DNA of 60,057 bases, counting the filler, from Dugesia japonica (taxonomy: Eukaryota): NCBI GenBank assembly GCA_001938525.1. It is 6 parts of 6 records of this genome, joined end to end, with 100 filler letters (N's around TTAATTAATTAA, not from the genome) between each part and the next. Parts side by side here need not be neighbours in the genome. Positions count along the whole stretch, not along the records: positions 10,541 to 21,196 come from MQRL01591091.1; positions 21,297 to 30,312 come from MQRL01641561.1; 4 more parts are not named here. One strand, given 5' to 3'. Under the pieces are notes generated by a model. The model did no database searches and was not told the DNA's origin. It saw only the letters and a program-made list of their open reading frames with translations. Positions 12,218 to 21,708 of the stretch are shown piece after piece. The translations under genes were made by a program, and so were the position numbers. Position 1 is the first letter of the stretch. Each line of letters begins with the position of its first letter.

Positions 12218-13371
12218 ATGAACGTGGAAAACCTAATAAACCATCTCCGCAATGAGATTCAATTCTTACAAATACAAACTCAAACCCTCACAACCGTACC
12301 AGATGTCCTAAAATGGAAATTGGAATCCAAAATCGATGCCTTTTCCAATTTACAATTGCAAAAATATATTAGCGAATTGGAGAGCCAAATAGAAAAAGCA
12401 CGTCACGAATTNGAAATAAAAAAGCGATCGTGCAAAACCCACCAAAAATACATAAAAAGCAATATCGACGCCAATAGAGCGAAAATAAATGCTATCAAAC
12501 AAGCCCAAAGCTGGAAGAGTAAATATGAGGAAGTCGAACATAAAATAAAGTTACTCGAGAATCAACTAATAGTCGAACAAGAAAATAACCACAGTTTTAG
12601 AATGGAACTGTTTAACACGCAGTTTGAAAAAAATTATCTGGTTACCGAAAATCAATTCCTAACCAGTCTAGCCAATCGAGAAAGGGTACAAGCTGATATC
12701 CATAAATTGTCCTTGGAATTCGAGAGCATAATGCAAGATTACCAGCAAAAGAATGAATTTTTACAGCAATACATCGAAGCCCTAGAGCAGGAAATCATTG
12801 AAATGCGAAACCTCTACCATGGAAAAGAAGATAAGATGAAACAAAAACAACAACAGTTAGTCGAGCAATTTGCCACCATTAAGGAACTACAGCAAGCGCA
12901 CACAGCTCGCAACCAATCTTTCATCCATTAGTACTACCGATCCTACCACACCTAAGGAATCTAATCATTCTTAATCCACCCAAATCAACACTAAACCCTG
13001 ACGCTCCAGAATGGCAACCAATAATCTCCAGTCTACTAAGACAATACACACCGTTAATAATCCAGGAACCCACGTCAGCTCCAGTTAAATCTAGAATACC
13101 AGAATCGATAAACAAAATAATTGATCAGGTCCCGCACATAATTTCAGCACCTACTCAACCCAGAAAGTCAGTACCTTTAGTGATACAAGAAACCCAAAGT
13201 AAACAACTCGGTTCTGCAACACCCAGCCGGATACACAGTAGAACCTCAGTGTGGAATCATAACCAATTTAAGAGAAACCTGTCCCAGTCAATCGTAACGG
13301 AAATATTACGAAAATTTGGTTCCGAAATACGAGCTAGTGACCTGGACGGTCTAGTAGAGGAAGTCGATTAG
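12218..13371 (+). pseudogene. Coiled-coil protein with Pro-rich tail, PAM2 motif and C-terminal EEVD (one frameshift between ~12883 and 12928)
   Basis: TTTTAG-AA-ATG start; 237 aa of heptad-rich sequence. The alternative frame is open 12883-13371, contains KSTLNPDAPEWQP and ends GLVEEVD*. AATAAA at 13392. Confidence 0.75.
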
Positions 13372-13599
13372 AACAAGTTGAGCGCGATGTAAATAAACTG
13401 TAATTAATCCATCGGACATCAATGAAGGGAATGAACTGTAAACTTTAATGTATATTGTATTTGAATGTATAACGTAGAAATTTTTATGTATGTGTTATGA
13501 GATAGCATGTAATGACCTTAAAATTCACCTTGCTCTGTCAGTTTTATTGGGGATAGAGGAGTTTCTGCAACGGGGACGAACTGTGACAAATTCCGGGAC

Positions 13600-14535
13600 G
13601 GAATTTAAACAAGTCGGAGAGCGATTTGTTGGGGTGGAACACCAGGACAAAGAGAACTAAGACCACGGGGGTCATCAAATACAAGTTATGGGAAAGGAAG
13701 TAAATTACGCAAAATGATTAAACGAAAAAGAAAAACCGGCACAACCATCGGATAGAATGATAAACCCAAAGTTTAAATAAACCATATAAAGGAAGCCGAT
13801 ATAATAAATTCGAACAATCCAATCGAAGTCATCCAATTAAGAAAATTATCGAGTTATTATTTGGATGAATGAGAAGATTAGTTAACAAACGATTTAATTA
13901 TCAAGAAAAAAATTAATTAATTTAATTTAAAAATAAAGAAAAATGATGTCAAAATATGTTTTATGCAAATAACTTTGCTTCGGAACATCACAGAACGACG
14001 GTGCAAGAAAATTCCAGAAGAGAAAAACAAGGGTCATTAAGAATTATCTGGAGAAAAAACTTACCATCATCCGGAAAGGTACTGTAGGGTTTCCAAGATC
14101 GAACCAATCAGATACCTAAAAATAAAAATAAAACAAAGAAGGAACCATCACATGGCCCTCTAAAAATACCTACCAATCAGAATTCCAAAACTCTACAAAA
14201 AATTCTAGAATAACAGCACCAACACCAATAAAATTCTAGAATTCTAAAACAAAAATACCTACCAATGAGAACGGTGCTGGGTTGTATCAAAAAATCATAT
14301 AAAAAGACCCCTGAACTTAACAGAAAAACACACAAAAATTTGAATATTGTAACTGCTACAGCAGCATTATATTATAAAGAAAAATTTTCATAGGAAACGT
14401 TAGTGAATTCTCATCGCAAATATAATTCCGGGAGAATATTCAATAATTTACGAAGCAGTCCAGAAAAGGAAATCGTAGCAAAATTTTAGTTGGAAAAGTC
14501 CCTTGCAGAAAATTCTATTAATTTTAATAGTAAGT
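13600..14535 (+). promoter_or_regulatory. Promoter/leader module (copy 2): CCAAT cluster, TATA box, candidate leader exon ending at a GTAAGT donor
   Basis: CCAAT at 14104, 14173, 14225 and 14262; TATAAAA at 14298; GTAAGT at 14530; TTGTTGGGGTGGAACACC at 13626 shared with 20238. Confidence 0.62.
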
Positions 14536-14736
14536 AATATGTTGGATGTTTTTATTTGTATTTAAATGTAATCTTAAATTAAATTATTAATGTCGAAATA
14601 ATATATGTTGGATATTTATGTTTTTTTATTTTTTGTTATTATCGTGATAAATTACCTCAAAAGAAAGTAATTAATTTATAAGTAGACATTATAGATCAGA
14701 TCCATGTTATGTCTCTTTTGATGTAGCAGAAACCAG

Positions 14737-14883
14737 ATGGGTGTTCATAAAGACGCCTGTCACAGCAAGAAAATGAATGATCAAAAAATACCCATGAAAA
14801 CGTACCAGTTCGCGAGTGCATATTCATTCATCGCTATAAATCAATTTCACCACTCTGTCATTAGGCGGCAAGTATTAAACTAA
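14737..14883 (+). CDS. 48-aa mini-ORF of the cassette, unknown function
   Basis: Pyrimidine tract + TAG/CAG immediately before the ATG; MGVHKDACHSKKMNDQKIPMKTYQF...RRQVLN*. Confidence 0.3.
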   Translation: MGVHKDACHSKKMNDQKIPMKTYQFASAYSFIAINQFHHSVIRRQVLN

Positions 14884-15149
14884 TTACATACAGACTCAGC
14901 AAAAAGAGAGCCCACTAACTAATTAGTTAGATGGTAAAATATCTCGGTTTCTCGTCGTGCCACTCACTGAAAACGCATCACATTGTTAAACACACTAAGA
15001 TGGGCGTGTAGGTAAACCAAGGTCGAATTCGATGTCGTTCCTAAGCGACTGTAAAATGCCACAATTTAAAAGATTATAATTAGCAATAAAATCATTGTAT
15101 CTGAATGAACAATTTTTAAATAACTTCTCATTATAGGAGTCTATTGGTT

Positions 15150-15321
15150 GCTTCATTGATATTATTATTATTATTATCACTATTGTTAGTATTATTATTA
15201 CTATTATCATTAACATCACGACTATTACTATTATTATTATTAGTATTTTATGGTTATTATCTTTGTGACGATCGTTATTATTATTAGTATTATTAATATA
15301 ATCATTAATATTATTAATATT

Positions 15322-15382
<61 letters not shown>

Positions 15383-15700
15383 NNNNNNNNNNNNNNNNNN
15401 NNNNNNNNNNNNNNNNNNNNNNNNNNNNNNNNNNNNNNNNNNNNNNNNNNNNNNTTATTATCGTTAATATCTTTATTATTATTCGCACCATTATATTCAC
15501 AATTATTATGATCATTTTAATTATCTGTCCAATTGCTAATGACCATATTATCGATATTATTATTAAAATACGTATCACTATTATTGGTAGTAGTAATCGA
15601 TGAGTTATTACGTTAAATATCAATGTCCAGCCGATTAATAATAGTCCGAAGTCATGCGGATCATCATATATATACTTTTTGTGAATCGGCATGTATTAAT
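15150..15700. repeat. (ATT)n microsatellite with degenerate flanks
   Basis: Pure ATT core at ~15325-15382 running into a gap; degenerate triplets on both sides. Confidence 0.92.
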
Positions 15701-16027
15701 AAAAGTAATAGTAATTCGGTATTGTTATCCTCCCTCTCAATTTTGGAGTGTTATCCACATTAAAATTATAGCCTGAATTTACTGTTACGGTTACATTAAC
15801 ATTCTGGTGGCGTGTAGCATCAGTAACGTTAACTGTGGTATGTTTTATCAGGATTCTGCACGTGGGTCAATTACCCATGAACAGCGATGAATTTACATAG
15901 GCCATTTCAGAGAGCAAGGGTAGAGACTCCCCACTAGTATTACCTGAAAGTAATGCCGATCCGGTTTTTCTTAAGGAACTAAATCATTAGAGATGTTGTT
16001 AAAGTATGCTCTTCTTACATTTAGCTT

Positions 16028-16210
16028 ATGCCCGTCAAATTGTGTCGGATCCTGCGAAAGATAGAACGACAGAGACGAGCTGTTCGTAGAAAACAGTTGA
16101 TAGCTCACATAATAACCCATGAAAAAATAGAGCATCCGGATGAAACGGACCTGTGCTGTTTTGCCGAGAAGTTCCCCATGGACGGGAAGGTAGATTTAGA
16201 CGAGGAGTAA
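16028..16210 (+). CDS. 60-aa mini-protein, family A (paralogue of 22891-23076)
   Basis: CATTTAG-CTT-ATG start; gapless 24/60 identity with the ORF at 22891 (RKQLIxH, PDExDLxCFxExFP, VDxD). Confidence 0.75.
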   Translation: MPVKLCRILRKIERQRRAVRRKQLIAHIITHEKIEHPDETDLCCFAEKFPMDGKVDLDEE

Positions 16211-16351
16211 TTACTTTCCTTAGTGTAACGGGTATCTGTGTGTTTAAATATACCAGGAAATGAAATTTTGTAGTTTTTATTTTTATAATTCGTCTATTAT
16301 GTCTTAATGTGGTGTAATCTAAACTTTACTAGCCCTATTCTGTTCTTAGGT

Positions 16352-16708
16352 ATGGACTCTATATGGATACGTGTCATCGATAGGTGAACCCGTCGACTAA
16401 CTCTGCGTCGATATCACAACCCGCATAATCAGGATGCCGGTATCTTAGTTTACGGGTCAAATTTACCACCGGTCGAATCAATCGTTGCCCGCATTAATGA
16501 TTTTGGAGAACGGCAGCGATACCAGGCGTGGACGGGCCTGGATCGCACTTTAGCAACTTCATTTTCATACCAACCTACCACTCTCGCCCCAGCTCCTGCG
16601 ATACAAGCGTTCATCGCTAATCTTCTCTGGAGAGTCCGAGAGCCGAATGGTGTAGCTGATGCGGAAAACACTGCCCTCAACGCCGACAATAATAATAATC
16701 CTTCTTAA
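16352..16708 (+). pseudogene. 118-codon mini-gene with one internal TGA (not in the ORF track)
   Basis: TTCTTAG-GT-ATG; MDSIWIRVIDR*TRRLTLRRYHNPHNQDAGILVYGSNLPPVESIVARINDFGERQRYQAW...NNNNPS*; GC-richer than flanks; AATAAA at 16730. Confidence 0.62.
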
Positions 16709-17022
16709 ACTGTTTGGTTATTTGTTAGAAATAAATAAGTGTTTCATTTGTGACTATTTCTAAATTTTCTTGTAAATCGGATTTCTAGTGATCGTGATTT
16801 AATTTTGACTTTAGTATTTTTTTGCGGTATTATTTGTAACGGGATTGGTCTTATCGATTTTATTTAATAATATTGCTAGTCAAGACCACCCAACTTTTCT
16901 AATAATAGTTAACATTGAGTAAAGTGTAACACCTTAAACATGTTTATATTTCAGTGCATTCGACTTTAAATAGGTTCCAGGTCCCGACTAAAAAATGACG
17001 AGAAGATAATGATGACAAGGAG

Positions 17023-17313
17023 ATGACTTGGGATCTTTATAAACTAGCTAAGAGGCGATGGGAAGCAGAGATCGCCGCGGCCGACGCTAAAGTAAAACGC
17101 TACAAGCGAAAATGTTTAACTTTTAAAGCCNAAATGGACGCCACCCAGAAACAAGAGAGGGTGTGGAAGTCCCAGGTTGAAACATTTACCAAGATGGTCC
17201 ATTCTTATCAGGAGCGGGAGAATAATTTGATGGAAAATATATTGAAGCTGAGAGCAGCGACACCTTTGGCCCCTCTCTTGATAGATAAGGGCACTCAGAC
17301 CAACCGCTCCTGA
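17023..17313 (+). CDS. 96-aa coiled-coil mini-protein ending in an LC8-binding motif (DKGTQT)
   Basis: ORF track; acceptor TTTCAG at 16954; AATAAA at 17342. Confidence 0.65.
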   Translation: MTWDLYKLAKRRWEAEIAAADAKVKRYKRKCLTFKAXMDATQKQERVWKSQVETFTKMVHSYQERENNLMENILKLRAATPLAPLLIDKGTQTNRS

Positions 17314-17416
17314 GTGTTATGTTTACTAATTATTTGAGTTTAATAAACTATTTAATTGTCTTTTATAATTATGAACTTGAGTTTTCGTCAGTTTACTTGT
17401 ATTTTGTTTTCATTCA

Positions 17417-17800
17417 GTGCCACGAATTAACTTTCCCAATAGTATCCGGAGATGCCATAGAATTATGCGCCGCTTACTAGTCGAACGACACCTAAAACGT
17501 AAGACAGATAGGGCACTTATGAAACATTTAGACCAACGGGATCAGCTGATTAAAAAATTAGATTTAATTATAAAAAAGCAAAATGACCTGGCGGTTCAAA
17601 CTTAAGCTTTGGAAACCGAAACCAAACAGCTGTTGCTACGGAAAATCGAGTTCATAAAGCAATACATTGCTGATCTGTCTCGTCGAATAGGCAACCCATC
17701 TGTAACCCAAGAGGATGACGATGAAGACATAGCAGCTTTCAACTTTGTGGTAACAGAGCCCAACCAGTGGCTAGATCCAGAGGCACTGGATTTACTTTAA
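17417..17800 (+). pseudogene. ~127-codon mini-gene (basic / coiled-coil / acidic tail) with one internal TAA
   Basis: ORFs 17417-17605 and 17609-17800 are in frame; acceptor TTCATTCAG at the start; AATAAA at 17812. Confidence 0.62.
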
Positions 17801-18486
17801 TATTTTCAAAAAATAAATTTATGAAATCAAATTTGTAACTCCTTTCTTTCGATAGTAACGATAGGGAAACCATTGAACCCAAATATAAAGGTTTATCGGT
17901 GCGTACCTTCCATTGAGAGTAAGGTCAACCACCATGAACTGAAAGCCTACCTCGGGGACGGTAGGATAAATTCTTGAAAGGGTTCCCCTGAGGGCTGTTT
18001 TTTCCCCAGTCACCTTTTCTTGTCACTCGACTCAGGTGGGACCCCAACAGTATTATACATTGGAGTGTTAACTTGAGTTTCTTCAGGTAATGATTATTTC
18101 ATTAAGTGAATTATCACATTTAATAAGCAACTTGGAAATGTGTCGAGAAAGAATCATGCTTAATAATATGGACTCACAACTAAGGTTTAATAATGATAAA
18201 AATAACTGATTCTAAAATCTCAAAAATGAATTAACGCGACTTAAATGTAATAAAGTAGCGAAATAAGAGTCAATATTTGAGAGTCCCTGAGTACAATAGA
18301 GTATGAAGCACTCACAGCAAAGTCTCAACTCCTTGCTCGTATAGATTAAAAATCATAAAATTCATAAACTTGGATTTTCATAATGTACAAAAGTAATGAC
18401 TGATTTATTATAAAAATACTATTAATTAAGTGTGAACATTTTATTAATAATTAAATAAATAACTTCAATATTGTAAAAATTTAGAA

Positions 18487-18930
18487 ATGGTTAAAAATAT
18501 CTCGTTAACAGAAACTGTGAAATCATTGAACGGGTGGAACTTCACTGCACCGCCACCATATAATAGACCAGTACTCTACAATTCCTGGAGTGATGTGATG
18601 ATATAGACCCTTGGTGGATGAGGCAAGATAAGTTGCAATTACAAAATCTAAAGACCAGGAACAAGAAATCGCAGAAATGAAAATTTAGTACAAAACCAAA
18701 AAAAGCAGTAAAAACGAAATCAAGCGTTAGCAGATTTGTTTAAGAGTTCTATTAAAGTTTCATAGCATCTTATTAGGCCACCACAACGTACAGAAAAAGG
18801 AACCTTCATTAATCGTGTAGTACAAGAATAAGTAAAGGTTGCGGAGCGCATAGAGGCTCGCATTGAGCAGGTTATGCCGACCTTGATACCATATTTAATA
18901 GAAGATTGCAAAATAATTGTCGAAATCTAG
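18487..18930 (+). pseudogene. Degraded mini-gene containing PPPY
   Basis: TTTAG-AA-ATG; MVKNISLTETVKSLNGWNFTAPPPYNRPVLYNSW... then frameshifts; AATAAA at 18946. Confidence 0.5.
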
Positions 18931-19124
18931 TTTTATTCAAGTGTAAATAAAATTATTATAGTTTAAATGCGTTTTGTGTTAACGTACGATAATTTTAAAG
19001 TTACGAACTAGTAAATAACTATCATAATTATTAATGAAAGTTGACAAATTCTATTTTCTTTTATTATTATAACAATATGTTTTTAAGCTTTCCACATAAA
19101 CATTGTTTAATTTACAAAATTTCA

Positions 19125-19472
19125 ATGAAAATCACCAAGCTATCTCAAGAGAAGTTGTTAACAGAACAATGAAACAGTACGATTGAGTTGAAAAAGATGC
19201 GCAAAGAGATTAATGAATTAAGAAATTCGGTCAGTATCGCTAGATAGAAGATATCAATTCTGTGAGAAAGATTAAGCGTGAGTCGCCAGAAGGAACTCAC
19301 TCTAATCACAAACAACAGGATGCTCGTTGAGATAATCAAACCGTACGCCTACAAGGAGGCCAAACATGAGAACATTATGAAAGGAATATAATGGAAAAAC
19401 GAATAAAGATTCAGACTGTGAGAATACCAAGGAGACTATATTTGGCTCTCAATATATCAAATGTGTAAATAA
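19125..19472 (+). pseudogene. Degraded 115-codon coiled-coil mini-gene
   Basis: One continuous frame MKITKLSQEKLLTEQ*NSTIELKKMRKEINELRNSV... with several stops explicable as single C>T changes; AATAAA overlaps the stop. Confidence 0.45.
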
Positions 19473-20229
19473 ATTTAAAGTCATAACGACCGTATTTTCT
19501 TAGTTTTTAAAATAAATAAATTAATAAATATGAGCAGGAACACCAGTTAACTTTCTTCACAAACGGGATACAGTATAGTCCTGCATAGACCACGGTTTAG
19601 ACTATCGACTCACAAAGTGTCGAAAAGTTTCTNCTGGCTTCGAGGTATCTACTCCTAGAAGAGATAAATCACTGCAAAAAATAAACCAGGCAAAGAAAAA
19701 GAAAACATCAAAATCTTGAAGCCCTACAAAACTTTTGTTTGATAATTGAATTAATGAATTATTGAATATTTTTGTTGGAAGATGTCGGGGTAGAACTTAT
19801 TTACAGATAAAAAGTAAAATTAAACAGAAAAATTAAACAAAGTAGACAAAAGATTGAAAAGAAGAAAGAAAGAAACAAATACATCATTAAAATAGAAGGA
19901 AACGCCACAAGAACAGAGGATAATGAGAATTTATAAGCAAATGAATTATTTAGCGGAAAATTTATTAGGTATAAAAAATAAATAAATTATTATCATATGG
20001 AAATTTACATTCAGAATAAGTTACAAATTAATTAAGAGTAAAGGAACCCGAAATTGAAGAATATAATTTGTTACAAATTAATTATGAGAAAAATGATTTA
20101 ATAACTTAAGAAATCATCCATATACAACAGATTACCAAGCGGAAAATAATTACATTAATAACAAAAATTATTAAACATCAAATCAAATATTTGCCGAATC
20201 AGTCAGAACTAAAATATATAATTATTTTC

Positions 20230-21196
20230 AAACAGAATTGTTGGGGTGAAACACCGGATTAATGCAAAGAGAATTGCGTAAGTAAGCACGAAATTCGAAA
20301 AATCTACATGAGAAAGGAAAATGAAGAAATCAGACCCAAGAAGGGCATAATCTAGTTGGAGAGAAGAATGACGAAAGCCAAAATGAGACTAGAAGACTTA
20401 AACTCGTGAAAAAACTAGAACTACAACAGGAGATAACGACGAAATAAAAAAAACCAACAAAGTAAAGAAGCGGTACTCCAAACAACGAAAATAATAAACG
20501 ATGGCCAAGGAACTGATTCATTAATTGAAAAGGAAATAATGAAAAGGAAAATCAAGATTGGTAACCAGAACCAACGAAATAACCAAAAATCACAGCACGA
20601 AACAATTCAGAAGTAAATAAACCGAAGAAGAAAATGTAATAGAAGCTGTGACAGGACGACAAAAAATCTAATGATTAACCATCAATTCATTAGGCAAAAT
20701 CAAGAAAATCACACCGAATCATACTAGAAGAAAGANNNNNNNNNNNNNNNNNNNNNNNNNNNNNNNNNNNNNNNNNNNNNNNNNNNNNNNNNNNNNNNNN
20801 NNNNNNNNNNNNNNNNNNNNNNNNNNNNNNNNNNNNNNNNNNNNNNNNNNNNNNNNNNNNNNNNNNNNNNNNNNNNNNNNNNNNNNNNNNNNNTTTTAAA
20901 TAAAAAATTAAATTTTCTACAAAAAACTAAGAAAATTAGGACTTCTAGTGGTGCCAAAATTATCAATTTAGAAATTTCTGGTCGAGAAAAATCTGGAGAA
21001 CTCAAAAATCAAACTTAGAAAACCATGGCAAGGAAGAGAAAAAAGTTATAAGGGTTTGAAGGTTGACCAATAGTTTCGAAGTCCAAAAATAACCGCCAAT
21101 GAAAAGAAAGCATGTGACCGTTTGGCCAATAAAAGTGTCGAAAATTTATATTCACCAATGGAATAAACGGGGGTGTAGAAAAAACCGGTATAAATA
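20230..21196 (+). promoter_or_regulatory. Promoter module (copy 3): four CCAAT boxes at 29-30 bp spacing plus TATA
   Basis: CCAAT at 21067, 21096, 21126 and 21155; TATAAATA at 21189; TTGTTGGGGTGAAACACC at 20238 (17/18 identical to 13626). Confidence 0.7.
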
Positions 21197-21296
21197 NNNN
21201 NNNNNNNNNNNNNNNNNNNNNNNNNNNNNNNNNNNNNNNNTTAATTAATTAANNNNNNNNNNNNNNNNNNNNNNNNNNNNNNNNNNNNNNNNNNNN
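21197..21296. other. Assembly linker
   Basis: 44N-TTAATTAATTAA-44N. Confidence 0.97.
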
Positions 21297-21708
21297 CTTG
21301 ATTTATTCATTATGATATTTAAACATAAATAAAAAAGAAAAAATTAAGTAAAAATCACAAATTATCATGTTAAGTTATTATAAAATCCATTGAACTTAAA
21401 TATTGTCCACCGATAATTATCGTCTACTGAGAAATAAGTAGTTGTCTTTGAAATTAGGCATGCCAANNNNNNNNNNNNNNNNNNNNNNNNNNNNNNNNNN
21501 NNNNNNNNNNNNNNNNNNNNNNNNNNNNNNNNNNNNNNNNNNNNNNNNNNNNNNNNNNNNNNNNNNNNNNNNNNNNNNNNNNNNNNNNNNNNNNNNNNNN
21601 NNNNNNNNNNNNNNNNNNNNNNNNNNNNNNNNNNNNNNNNNNNNNNNNNNNNNNNNNNNNNNNNNNNNNNNNNNNNNNNNNNNNNNNNNNNNNNNNNNNN
21701 NNNNNNNN

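Noticed and set aside
13063-13090. EPTSAP as a P(T/S)AP late domain
   Set aside because: Does not match P[TS]AP exactly; expected by chance in a Pro/Ser/Thr-rich tail.
15250-15603. Poly-Ile 'membrane protein' ORF on the + strand (also 22429-22696 and 21454-21834)
   Set aside because: By-products of ATT repeats and N runs.
16450-16689. 79-aa minus-strand ORF
   Set aside because: Shadow of the + strand gene 16352-16708, which has the acceptor, ATG and polyA signal.
17819-18060. Minus-strand 64-aa ORF inside the cassette
   Set aside because: No ATG in frame, no acceptor or clear motif; may be a decayed gene but cannot be supported.
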